Assembly (NCBI GenBank): GCA_016927655.1
Contig: JAFGMG010000008.1
Span: forward strand, 5,929-69,928
Source: Candidatus Dojkabacteria bacterium
GTDB taxonomy: Bacteria > Patescibacteriota > Dojkabacteria > B142 > JAFGMG01
Direction of reading: 5' to 3'
DNA: 64,000 nt
Shown here: positions 56,028 through 64,000 of the stretch, piece by piece
Layout of the letters: each line of letters begins with the position of its first letter
Numbering within the stretch: position 1 is the first letter of the stretch
The notes under the pieces: model-generated
Databases searched by the model: none
Seen by the model: the letters and a program-made list of their open reading frames with translations, nothing else
Told to the model about the DNA's origin: nothing
Translations under genes and position numbers: made by a program

Positions 56028-56288
56028 ATGACAATAGCAGGAAATACACCTGATGCTCCTATCCCAACTCCAAGACAGGATAAAGTTCGTCCTCTCCATT
56101 CGAGGTTGACATCACATCAGCACGCAGAAATTTGTGCTAGGGCAAATGCTCGTGGTGAATCTTATGCTCCAGATTATGTCGTAGAATGGCATCAGCAAAG
56201 ACCAGATTGGGAAAATAACTCCGATATAATAGAGCCGTTACCGCAGGTAGATGATTGCGAACAAACCGGCCCAGCAATTGAATGCTGA
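56028..56288 (+). CDS. small orphan protein (86 aa) with near-consensus SD
   Basis: AAGGAGGTG 10 nt upstream of the ATG at 56028; no similarity recognised; two Cys near the C-terminus. Confidence 0.3.
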   Translation: MTIAGNTPDAPIPTPRQDKVRPLHSRLTSHQHAEICARANARGESYAPDYVVEWHQQRPDWENNSDIIEPLPQVDDCEQTGPAIEC

Positions 56289-56422
56289 ATCTTCATTCTC
56301 CCTTTTTATTAGGGGGTAGTTTCTTGTGCTGCAATTTTTTTGCTTTTTTATATTTCCCCTCTCATTCTCATCTCAAGCTCAATAGAAATGATATAATTCC
56401 CTGTTGTTTTCATTTAAATTCC

Positions 56423-56498
56423 GGGGTCGTAGCTTAATGGCTAAAGCACTGCTATGGCATAGCAGGGAGTGTGGGTTCAAGTCCCATCGACTCCACCA
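56423..56498 (+). tRNA. tRNA-Ala (anticodon GGC) with genomically encoded CCA
   Basis: Acceptor GGGGTCG/CGACTCC with the G3:U70 Ala identity pair, anticodon loop AT-GGC-AT, T-arm GTGGGTTCAAGTCCCAT, then A-CCA. Confidence 0.8.
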
Positions 56499-56573
56499 AT
56501 CTTTCTAGGTTTGACAAATAGGAAGAATGGAAAGAAAACACAGGTTTTAAACATGTAGATTAATCAGCAAAGA

Positions 56574-57104
56574 CTAAATCACACAACTCGCAGCATCAAA
56601 CTCCCCCTCTATCACTCTCTCATCCCAGACAAATTTCAGATCGCCCTTTAAGCCAGTTTCAGTATCTTCGGTATTCAGTTCGAAGCTCGTAGTTGGAATT
56701 GAGCTGATTTCTGTGCTGGTTCCTTCAATTGTCCTTTTGAAAACAGAAACATTCTCAATTACATACTCTCCTGGTACACCAGAAAATTTAATAACAGCAA
56801 GCAAATTTTCATTAGAATAGTCAAATGCTCCCTCACCACACACCTGCTCATTCTCATATAAGTACAAAACTTTAGAATCCTCCAGCGTCTCAAGCAAACT
56901 CGCAGTAGTTTTCTCCTCAATCTCATAATCATTAAAATCAATAGAAATCTCACCCGGATCCAGCTGAATAGCATCCGCGGTATCTCCTTCGTCCCCGGAA
57001 GAGCTATTTGAAGCAATTCTGAAAGTATCATAAAGCAAGTATCCCGTAACGGCTACACATAAAATCAGAAATCCATACGCCAGTTTTTTAGTATTCATCG
57101 GCAA
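56574..57104 (-). CDS. hypothetical secreted/membrane-anchored acidic protein
   Basis: N-terminal hydrophobic helix, Asp/Glu-rich, C-terminal Cys pair. Confidence 0.35.
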   Translation of the reverse strand: MPMNTKKLAYGFLILCVAVTGYLLYDTFRIASNSSSGDEGDTADAIQLDPGEISIDFNDYEIEEKTTASLLETLEDSKVLYLYENEQVCGEGAFDYSNENLLAVIKFSGVPGEYVIENVSVFKRTIEGTSTEISSIPTTSFELNTEDTETGLKGDLKFVWDERVIEGEFDAASCVI

Positions 57105-57255
57105 TATTTAGTAATAATTCATAATTTACATTTTGCACTTAAAGACAATTAAGATCAAGCTCTTTTTAATATTTCTATAGAACTCCCAGCTTGACTTCAT
57201 TTTCAGCATATATTAAATTGTTCTAAGAATATCCTTGTAAAGGAAAACTTGCTTT

Positions 57256-60200
57256 TTGCAATTCTTGCATATGAAAAAACAACAGAAGATATACTTAATT
57301 AGTAGCACTGCTCTATCGCTTGTTGCAGCTTTTGTCTTAGCAGCATTTTTCAGTAGAGGAAATAGCAAACCCGAAGCCTGGACAGCAACAGACAACCCAT
57401 TTTATCAAGGCGATGTTGGAGATTATTACGATGATGGGGAACTCTATCATCCAAATGATATCGCAGTTGATGGTTCCGGTGACTACTATGTTTCAAACTA
57501 CTATAATTACAGAATAGAAAAATTCGACTCTTCAGGAAATTTTATTACTAATTGGGGCGGACAAGGCTCAGGAGATGGTCAATTTCAAGATACCCGCTCT
57601 ATCGTAATCGATGGAGCTGACAATATATATGTATCAGATCCCACATTAGAAAGAATCCAGAAATTCGATTCTGATGGAAATTTCTTATTAAAATGGGGTT
57701 CTGCGGGCTCTGGCAATGGGCAATTCAATAACCCAAATGGGGCCTATGGCTCAGGAATGACTTTAGCAGTAGATGGATCGAATAATATATATGTAGCAGA
57801 CAGGGGTAATAATAGAATTCAAAAATTTAACAGCTCAGGAACTCATTTACAGAACTTCACAAATGCTGTATTGACAACTCCAAATGGAGTCGGAGTGGAT
57901 TTAAATACCGGGAATGTCATTGCAGCAGAATATAGCCAGATGAACATTTTTGACTCATCTGGAACCCTGCTTGACGACTGGAATCAACCAGGGGAAAGTC
58001 TTGATATAGCTATTGACAGCTCAGGAGATATTTTATCTATCGCCAATAGTCCAGCATATATTTACAAATATGATCAAGCAGGTAATTTGCTGGACACCTT
58101 TAACGACAGTACAACCCAAGGTCATACAGATGGCGATTTGAGCAATTCAAGAGGGATGGGACTGGATGGCAGCGGCAATATTTTAATCGCAGATACGGGC
58201 AACAATAGATACCAGGTTTTTAACACCTCAGGAACCTATATTAAAAAAGGCGGGAGCGAGGTCTTAAACGGATATAATTTTTACTATCCATACGATATCG
58301 CTTTCGATCAAAGCGGCAACTACTATGTTTTAGATACTGGCAGCTATCGGGTTCAAAAGTATAATTCCAGCGGAGTTTATCAACTCACAGTTGGAAGGAC
58401 AGACGGAGAGGATGGCACTGGAGACGGAGAATTTGATTACGCAGAGGGGCTGGGAGTTGATTCTTCCGGGAATCTATACGTAGCAGATTCCAGCAATGAT
58501 AGAATACAAAAATTCAATTCGGCCGGGGCTTTTCAATTAAAATTCGGGACAAGCGGATCCGGCAATGGTCAATTTGATTACCCTACTGATGTTGCAGTTG
58601 ATGATGACGGCTTTATATATGTAGTCGATGCCGGAAACGATAGAGTTCAAAAATTTACTTCAGCAGGTGAATACATAACTCAATGGGGAACATCTGGATC
58701 AGGAAATGGGCAGCTAGATTATCCAAGCTATATCGCAATTGAAAGTGACTTCGGTGATGTCTGGGTGACTGATTATAACAATAACCGCGTCGAGAGATTT
58801 ACAAAATATGGGATTTATATCGACCAGTTCGGAACATCCGGTACAGGGGATGGTGAATTCGACGGCCCAGCAGGAATTGCAATAGATTCGCAAAACAACC
58901 TTTTTGTGCTGGATCAAAACAACAACCGGGTTCAAAGATTTGATGAAAATGGGACTTATAAAGGACAGCTAGGAGGGACGTACGGAGCTGGAGACCAGGA
59001 GCTGGATTACCCCTATGGCCTTGGCTTTAATGAAAATACCGGGGAACTTTTTATTCCTGATACATTTAATAACAGAATACAGAAATATCAGTTTGATATA
59101 ATCCCGCCAGACATTTACGTATCTGCAATCAGCGTCAATCCAAGCTCAGGAAATACAAGATATATTCGAGGATTGGCAGAAGACTCACTGACAAATATTA
59201 CTTCCATACAATTCAAAATCAACGTAACAGGAACCTGGACTAATTGCACAATAAGCGACGGCTTACTTGACGAAAAATCCGAAACCTTTATCTGCAGCTA
59301 CACTAGAGAACTCGACCCCGGCTCATACAATTTCTACCTCAGAAGTACTGATTCTATGACGAATACGGGAAGCAGTTTTATCTATCCATTTACAGTAGCT
59401 GGCAGCGACGGAACTACAGACGACCAAACAGATGGAACAGCAGATGAAATAGCAGACGATCAAACAGACGAAAGAATAAATGACACTGAGGTGGTAGATG
59501 AGCCTGGCAACGTGGTCGAATTTTTAAACGATTCATTAGATCAGATAAATCTGGGTGGATTGCCGCAGAAAATTATTGATATTCACAATAAAATAGCTCC
59601 AATTACGCTTAGTGCTCTACTCGCAATTCTTGCCACTTCATCATTACTAGCCTATCCATACAGCACAATTTATTATGGTATCGAGTGGCTGGCAGATATT
59701 AAAAAGAAAAAAGCATACGGACTCGTCTTTGACAAACGAGACAAAAAACCTATACCTTTTGCAATTGTAGAGCTTTTTAAGGGTGAGCAGCTGATAAAAA
59801 GAGCTGTAACAAATAATCACGGCAAATTTCTTCTTATTGCCGATAAAGGAGAATACACTATCAAAATCAAACAAATGGCATACCAGGATTACTCCGAACA
59901 GCTCAAAATAAACAGCAACGAATACTCTATAACAGAAACTTTTGGGATATTAAAAAAAGAGGATAATTTTTCAACAAATGTTAATCTTGCCAGAAAAAGT
60001 ATTCGTAAAACAGCACCATTGCTGTTCTATGCAGGCCTTACTTGGTCAGCAATTGCACTGTTATTATCATTCACACTATTTAATATGGCAATTGTAGCCT
60101 TGTATCTTGTACAGATATTGATTCTATTATTCAACAAAGCACCAAGGAATTGGGGATTTGTATTTGATGTTGATAGCAGGATGAAATTACCCAAAATATT

Positions 60201-60429
60201 TGTCCAGGCCTACGATCCAAATACCAACCAGGCAGTAGACACGCAGATCACTGATGAATACGGAAGGTTTGGCTTTACCCTGCCCGGGAAAATCTATGAA
60301 CTATTAGTAAACTCTGAAGGATACAAACTTGCAGCAAATAATAAAACAGTTGAAAAAGCCGGCAGAAAATATATTAAATATCAGGTTGGAACAAACAAAA
60401 TTGATCGCATTGGATTAGAAAGAAAGTAA
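57256..60429 (+). CDS. large NHL-repeat (double beta-propeller) surface protein with C-terminal TM segments interleaved with carboxypeptidase-regulatory-like beta-sandwich domains
   Basis: Signal/TM N-terminus; about 11 NHL-type repeats (...NNRIQKF..., DTGNNRYQVF, DSSNDRIQKF, DAGNDRVQKF...). Then a hydrophobic helix, a CarbopepD_reg-like segment (GLVFDKRDKKPIPFAIVELF...), two more TM helices, and a second such segment (GFVFDVDSRMKLPKIFVQAYD...). Confidence 0.65.
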   Translation: MQFLHMKKQQKIYLISSTALSLVAAFVLAAFFSRGNSKPEAWTATDNPFYQGDVGDYYDDGELYHPNDIAVDGSGDYYVSNYYNYRIEKFDSSGNFITNWGGQGSGDGQFQDTRSIVIDGADNIYVSDPTLERIQKFDSDGNFLLKWGSAGSGNGQFNNPNGAYGSGMTLAVDGSNNIYVADRGNNRIQKFNSSGTHLQNFTNAVLTTPNGVGVDLNTGNVIAAEYSQMNIFDSSGTLLDDWNQPGESLDIAIDSSGDILSIANSPAYIYKYDQAGNLLDTFNDSTTQGHTDGDLSNSRGMGLDGSGNILIADTGNNRYQVFNTSGTYIKKGGSEVLNGYNFYYPYDIAFDQSGNYYVLDTGSYRVQKYNSSGVYQLTVGRTDGEDGTGDGEFDYAEGLGVDSSGNLYVADSSNDRIQKFNSAGAFQLKFGTSGSGNGQFDYPTDVAVDDDGFIYVVDAGNDRVQKFTSAGEYITQWGTSGSGNGQLDYPSYIAIESDFGDVWVTDYNNNRVERFTKYGIYIDQFGTSGTGDGEFDGPAGIAIDSQNNLFVLDQNNNRVQRFDENGTYKGQLGGTYGAGDQELDYPYGLGFNENTGELFIPDTFNNRIQKYQFDIIPPDIYVSAISVNPSSGNTRYIRGLAEDSLTNITSIQFKINVTGTWTNCTISDGLLDEKSETFICSYTRELDPGSYNFYLRSTDSMTNTGSSFIYPFTVAGSDGTTDDQTDGTADEIADDQTDERINDTEVVDEPGNVVEFLNDSLDQINLGGLPQKIIDIHNKIAPITLSALLAILATSSLLAYPYSTIYYGIEWLADIKKKKAYGLVFDKRDKKPIPFAIVELFKGEQLIKRAVTNNHGKFLLIADKGEYTIKIKQMAYQDYSEQLKINSNEYSITETFGILKKEDNFSTNVNLARKSIRKTAPLLFYAGLTWSAIALLLSFTLFNMAIVALYLVQILILLFNKAPRNWGFVFDVDSRMKLPKIFVQAYDPNTNQAVDTQITDEYGRFGFTLPGKIYELLVNSEGYKLAANNKTVEKAGRKYIKYQVGTNKIDRIGLERK

Positions 60430-60434
60430 TCTCC

Positions 60435-61667
60435 TTAATAAGGCACAATCCCTGCTGGATTTATTCTTCCATAATAATTCGACACAACATCGACGCCAGG
60501 AGGAGCAATGCTCAAATGAAGATGAGTCCCTGAACATCTGCCAGTACATCCCATATACATAATTTTCTGCCCCGCCCCTACTCTTTGACCGCTATGAACA
60601 TAATATGTCCCACTTCCATGCATATATACAGAACTATAACCATTATCATGCCTGATCACAGTGCAAAATCCCATAGAACCGCCACACCACCCTGCCTTCA
60701 AAATAGTTCCAGATCCAATAGAGTTGATCGGGCAACCACCGGATTTAGAAAGATCAACCCCGGTATGGCTATATCTCCAGCCGCGAACAAATTTATAACC
60801 CGGACAGTATAATAATGGATTTACAAAAGTACCGGGTGCAACGTTTACCGCAGTATTGCCAAGATTCACGTAACTAGCTCCTCCAGACGAGCTTGCCACA
60901 ACCGGAGGATTGTATGTAGCATCAGGAATGAACAATTTTTGATTAACCGATACTTTATAATCAGGCGGAACAAGATTATTCAATTCAATCAAATCGAATT
61001 TATTTGCACCCTTAGTCTTTTTGATAATCGAATCCAGATTATCGCCGGATTTGACAGTATAAAGAACACCGTTCATAGGAGGAATATCGAGTACCTGCCC
61101 AACAGTCAAAGTATCTCTTCCAGAGGGAATATTATTTGCCCATCTAATCGTATCTTGTGAAATTTCGAACTCTTTGGCAATTGTGGATAAAGTGTCTCCA
61201 GATTTGACTGTGTATTTGAGTATAGAATAATCCACATTGCTCGCAGTTGTTTCAACTATAGACTCCGTAGTTCCTACTTGCAGAAAAATATCGTTATTCC
61301 CGATAGCTCCTGAAGATGCAATGATACCTGCTTCTTCTGTGGCAAAAATATCCGTTCTGGTGCTGATACTAGCAAGAAGTGTCCCAATAGTAACTACAAC
61401 TACAAAGAATTGGAAAGAAGAACGATAAAAAGAAGTTCTTCCCCAATACATTTTCCTGACCACAAAACTTTTCAAACCAGCTGTCCCTGCAACAGATAGA
61501 CCTAGAAATACTGCAATAATTCTGACTATCTGGACAAATCTGACTGCAATATACTCATACAGACTTGAAAAGAATAAAAGAACTAGAGGCTTCTGCTTCG
61601 TTTCTCTTGCAGCCCTAAAATTTGCCACAATTGAATTATTATCTTCTTCCACTGATATCATTTTCAA
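60435..61667 (-). CDS. LysM-LysM-M23 peptidoglycan endopeptidase, membrane-anchored
   Basis: Two LysM (YTVKSGDTLSTIAKEF..., YTVKSGDNLDSIIKKT...) and a C-terminal M23 (HTGVDL..., GTHLHL). Confidence 0.8.
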   Translation of the reverse strand: MKMISVEEDNNSIVANFRAARETKQKPLVLLFFSSLYEYIAVRFVQIVRIIAVFLGLSVAGTAGLKSFVVRKMYWGRTSFYRSSFQFFVVVVTIGTLLASISTRTDIFATEEAGIIASSGAIGNNDIFLQVGTTESIVETTASNVDYSILKYTVKSGDTLSTIAKEFEISQDTIRWANNIPSGRDTLTVGQVLDIPPMNGVLYTVKSGDNLDSIIKKTKGANKFDLIELNNLVPPDYKVSVNQKLFIPDATYNPPVVASSSGGASYVNLGNTAVNVAPGTFVNPLLYCPGYKFVRGWRYSHTGVDLSKSGGCPINSIGSGTILKAGWCGGSMGFCTVIRHDNGYSSVYMHGSGTYYVHSGQRVGAGQKIMYMGCTGRCSGTHLHLSIAPPGVDVVSNYYGRINPAGIVPY

Positions 61668-61692
61668 ATGTATGAACAGGCACGCAATTATA

Positions 61693-63045
61693 CTACATTG
61701 ACTCGTGTAATGTCGCTAAAAATTCCTGATTGTCTTTTGTTTTCTTCAGCCTGTCAATAAGCATTTGAGTTGCCTCATCCCCTTTAAATGAATCAAGCAT
61801 TCTTCTCACTCTCCAGGTTTGTGCTAAAACATCCGGATCAAGCAGCTGATCATCATTTCTGGTTCCGGAATTTTGGACATCAATTGCCGGGAAAATTCTT
61901 TTATTAGCAAGTTTCCGATCAAGTTTCAGCTCCATATTTCCAGTACCTTTGAATTCTTCAAAAATAACTTCGTCCATCCTGCTGCCGGTTTCGACCAAAG
62001 CAGTTGCAATAATAGTCAAACTGCCGCCCTCTTCGAAGTTTCTAGCTGCCCCGAAAAATCTCTTTGGAGGATAAATTGCAACTGGATCAAATCCACCAGA
62101 TAAAGTCCTTCCAGATGGCGGAGCTACAATATTGTAAGCCCTTGCGAGTCTAGTAATTGAATCCATCAAAATCACAACATCTCTATCCTGTTCGACAATT
62201 CTTTTCGCCCTATCAAGCGCTAATTCGGCTACTCTTGTATGATCCTCCGGTGGTTCATCGAAATTCGATGCGACCACTTCACCATCAACAGATCTTTTCA
62301 TATCGGTGACCTCTTCAGGCCGCTCTCCAACAAGCAAGACAATCAAATGTATATCTGGATGATTTTTTTTAATTCCATCGGCAATATCTTTTAGCAGCCA
62401 TGTCTTTCCAACTTTTGGAGGTGAAACAAGCATACCTCGTTGTCCTTTGCCAATTGGAGCAAGCATATCAATAATTCTAGTTGATAGATTTGCCCTATCA
62501 GTCGCAGTAGTTATCTGCTCATTTGGGAAAATCGGTGTAAGCGAGCCGAAGCTCGGCCTCGAAAGCGCCTCATCCGGACTTGTCCCATTAATTGCTTCTA
62601 TTCGAAGCAGAGATAAATATCTTTCGCCTTCTTTCGGAGGACGCGCCTGCCCCGAAACAAAATCTCCCTGTCGTAAATTAAACCTTTTAATCTGCGAACC
62701 AGAGACATAAACGTCATTTTCGCCGGGAAGCATCTTTAGAGACCTCAAAACTCCATGTGCTCCATCATTGATTACCTCCAAAACTCCTTCAGCAAAGATA
62801 TTTCCTCCTCTTTTTGTCTGCTCTCTTAGTATTTCAATAATCAGATCTTCTTTACTCAAATCAGCTACCCCCTTCAGTTCAAGGGTCTCAGCCATTTTTC
62901 TAAGATCTGCCACAGTTTTTGTGTTCAGCTCTCTTAGACTCATAGCATCAGCTATTTTGTCTTTTGTTTTTGTTGAATATGTAATTATCGGCTTCACAGT
63001 TTTTCTTACAACCTTTGTACTGGTTTTACTTTCCTTCGCACTCAT
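61693..63045 (-). CDS. rho: transcription termination factor Rho
   Basis: Rho N-terminal/CSD-like region, RecA-type ATPase with Walker A (PPKVGKT). Confidence 0.9.
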   Translation of the reverse strand: MSAKESKTSTKVVRKTVKPIITYSTKTKDKIADAMSLRELNTKTVADLRKMAETLELKGVADLSKEDLIIEILREQTKRGGNIFAEGVLEVINDGAHGVLRSLKMLPGENDVYVSGSQIKRFNLRQGDFVSGQARPPKEGERYLSLLRIEAINGTSPDEALSRPSFGSLTPIFPNEQITTATDRANLSTRIIDMLAPIGKGQRGMLVSPPKVGKTWLLKDIADGIKKNHPDIHLIVLLVGERPEEVTDMKRSVDGEVVASNFDEPPEDHTRVAELALDRAKRIVEQDRDVVILMDSITRLARAYNIVAPPSGRTLSGGFDPVAIYPPKRFFGAARNFEEGGSLTIIATALVETGSRMDEVIFEEFKGTGNMELKLDRKLANKRIFPAIDVQNSGTRNDDQLLDPDVLAQTWRVRRMLDSFKGDEATQMLIDRLKKTKDNQEFLATLHESM

Positions 63046-63129
63046 ATACGCATTGATAAAAATTTAAATAAATCATGAAATTATGCATTTCTGTTGGGAT
63101 AAAACATTTTTGAGGAATATTTCAAATTG

Positions 63130-63158
63130 AGTATAGAATGAAGTTTAGGCAAAGTCAA
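63130..63158 (-). promoter_or_regulatory. candidate promoter for rho (TTGACT-17-TATACT)
   Basis: Hexamers read on the minus strand; would give a ~77-nt 5'UTR. Confidence 0.35.
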
Positions 63159-63167
63159 CCCCAATAG

Positions 63168-63375
63168 TAAAAAAAGTTGGGATCGGCACTGCCCCGACCG
63201 ATCCCACCGGAGAACATTTTCATACGTGCTCTGGTGGAAACGCTGGGACTAGTCTCAAGGTGCATCCAGTTCCGAGAGTCCAGTAAGTCCTCCAAAAATA
63301 GTTTTACCTAAATTCAGAGGTGTACGCGAACCAGACTCTGGGAACTGCAAACACCTTGGTTGTAAAAGTTCTGTA
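63168..63375 (-). ncRNA. candidate ~205-nt structured small RNA with its own promoter and intrinsic terminator (identity unknown; 6S-like end-pairing)
   Basis: Minus strand: TTGACA-18-TAGAAT promoter (plus 63379-63408), no ORF, 5' AGAACUUUUACA pairs with 3' UGAAAAUGUUCU, then terminator GGGAUCGG-N11-CCGAUCCC + U7 (plus 63168-63205). Confidence 0.3.
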
Positions 63376-63499
63376 GTCATTCTATCCTATAGTATCCATA
63401 TATGTCAAGCCTATAGTTTAGCGTTTCATGAGCAGACCCTGCCACACAGCGGCTCGCAAGCACGGCCATATCTAGATATTTGGAAATGCGCGCTGGGCG

Positions 63500-64000
63500 C
63501 TACAAACCAAGTGCCAGCGCTTTGATGCTTTTTGAGGTTTTCAATACTTTCAAACCTAGGTTTTCCAATTCTTTTCTTCTCTGCTCTTCTCTGAGAGTTT
63601 TTCCAACTATTCCAGTAAGACTTAGTTCCCCCAGCGCTGCGACATTCGCACTTAGCGCTTTATCCTTTAGTGAGCTGGCAATAGCGATAGCTACAGCCAA
63701 ATCAATTCCGGGGTCATTCACACGCAAACCGCCGGCAATATTTACATAAACATCTTTATCATAAAGTTTCAATCTGGCGTGTTTCTGGAGCACTGCACAA
63801 ATAACTTGAAGTTTAGAACTCGAGATACCCTGCGCCACTCTTTTTGGCTGCGAAAAAGAGGTAACATTAGTCAAAGCCTGAACTTCGATAACTATAGAGC
63901 GGTTTCCCTCAATAATTGCGCTTCTGCAAACACCCGGAGATTTCTCGCCGGATACAAAAAAGAGTGGCGCATCCCCCAGATCTTCAAGCCCACTCTCCCC
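63500..64000 (-). CDS. radA: DNA repair protein RadA/Sms, C-terminal (Lon-like) part; N-terminus beyond window end
   Basis: ...SFSQPKRVAQGI...VYVNIAGGLRVNDPGIDLAVAIAIASS...GELSLTGIVG; the reading frame continues open to position 64000. Confidence 0.75.
   Translation of the reverse strand, partial: GESGLEDLGDAPLFFVSGEKSPGVCRSAIIEGNRSIVIEVQALTNVTSFSQPKRVAQGISSSKLQVICAVLQKHARLKLYDKDVYVNIAGGLRVNDPGIDLAVAIAIASSLKDKALSANVAALGELSLTGIVGKTLREEQRRKELENLGLKVLKTSKSIKALALGL

Noticed and set aside
1-64000. CRISPR arrays, transposases, integrases, phage genes
   Set aside because: No regularly spaced direct repeats and no recognisable IS, integrase or phage signatures were found on reading through the intergenic regions and ORF translations.

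Overview
This 64 kb window is gene-dense, AT-rich (GC roughly high 30s %), and mostly minus-strand-coded. It carries a conserved bacterial housekeeping core. Small proteins, compact operons, and an archaeal-type AMP phosphorylase plus ribose-1,5-bisphosphate isomerase pair suggest a reduced Patescibacteria/CPR-like genome; this is inference only.

Genes I could support:
- Translation and ribosome: rpmE, prfA, prmC, rpsF, ssb, rpsR, ychF, rpsU, frr, tsf, rpsB, rpmB, a secE-nusG-rplK-rplA-rplJ-rplL cluster, and leuS.
- Replication, repair and RNA: dnaX, ybaB, recR, cca, topA, dprA, rho, a 3' fragment of radA, and a beta-CASP MBL-fold RNase.
- Cell wall: mreB-mreC-mreD-PBP2, a second mreB paralog, and a LysM-M23 peptidase.
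- Proteases: HtrA, CtpA and RseP.
- Competence: comEA, with ComEC split into two overlapping ORFs.
- Nucleotide metabolism: AMP phosphorylase, R15P isomerase, two tandem ndk paralogs and a thymidylate-kinase-like gene.
- Other: five tRNAs (Thr-UGU, Thr-GGU, Trp-CCA, Arg-CCU on minus, Ala-GGC with encoded CCA), two EamA transporters, a cyclophilin, an aldo/keto reductase and a SAM methyltransferase.

Main hunting results:
1. Directly 3' of rplL, where rpoBC normally sit, there is a 7-TM membrane protein followed by a 779-aa protein. That protein fuses a RimK-like ATP-grasp ligase, a retropepsin-like DUF785-type domain (DTS, not DTG), and a C-terminal DUF1704/QEGLA MATCAP-like metallopeptidase (HEIDIH ... 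EEGLA). I read this as a candidate peptide-tail ligation and trimming system, with an apparently undescribed fused architecture.
2. leuS carries a roughly 150-aa insertion containing a perfect Nudix box (G x5 E x7 REVLEETGY) inside the CP1 editing-domain region.
3. A complete T-box riboswitch leader (stem I, T-box sequence, antiterminator/terminator) precedes leuS.
4. A roughly 205-nt promoter-to-terminator transcription unit with no ORF lies between radA and rho; it is a candidate 6S-like ncRNA.

No CRISPR arrays, transposases or integrases were recognised.
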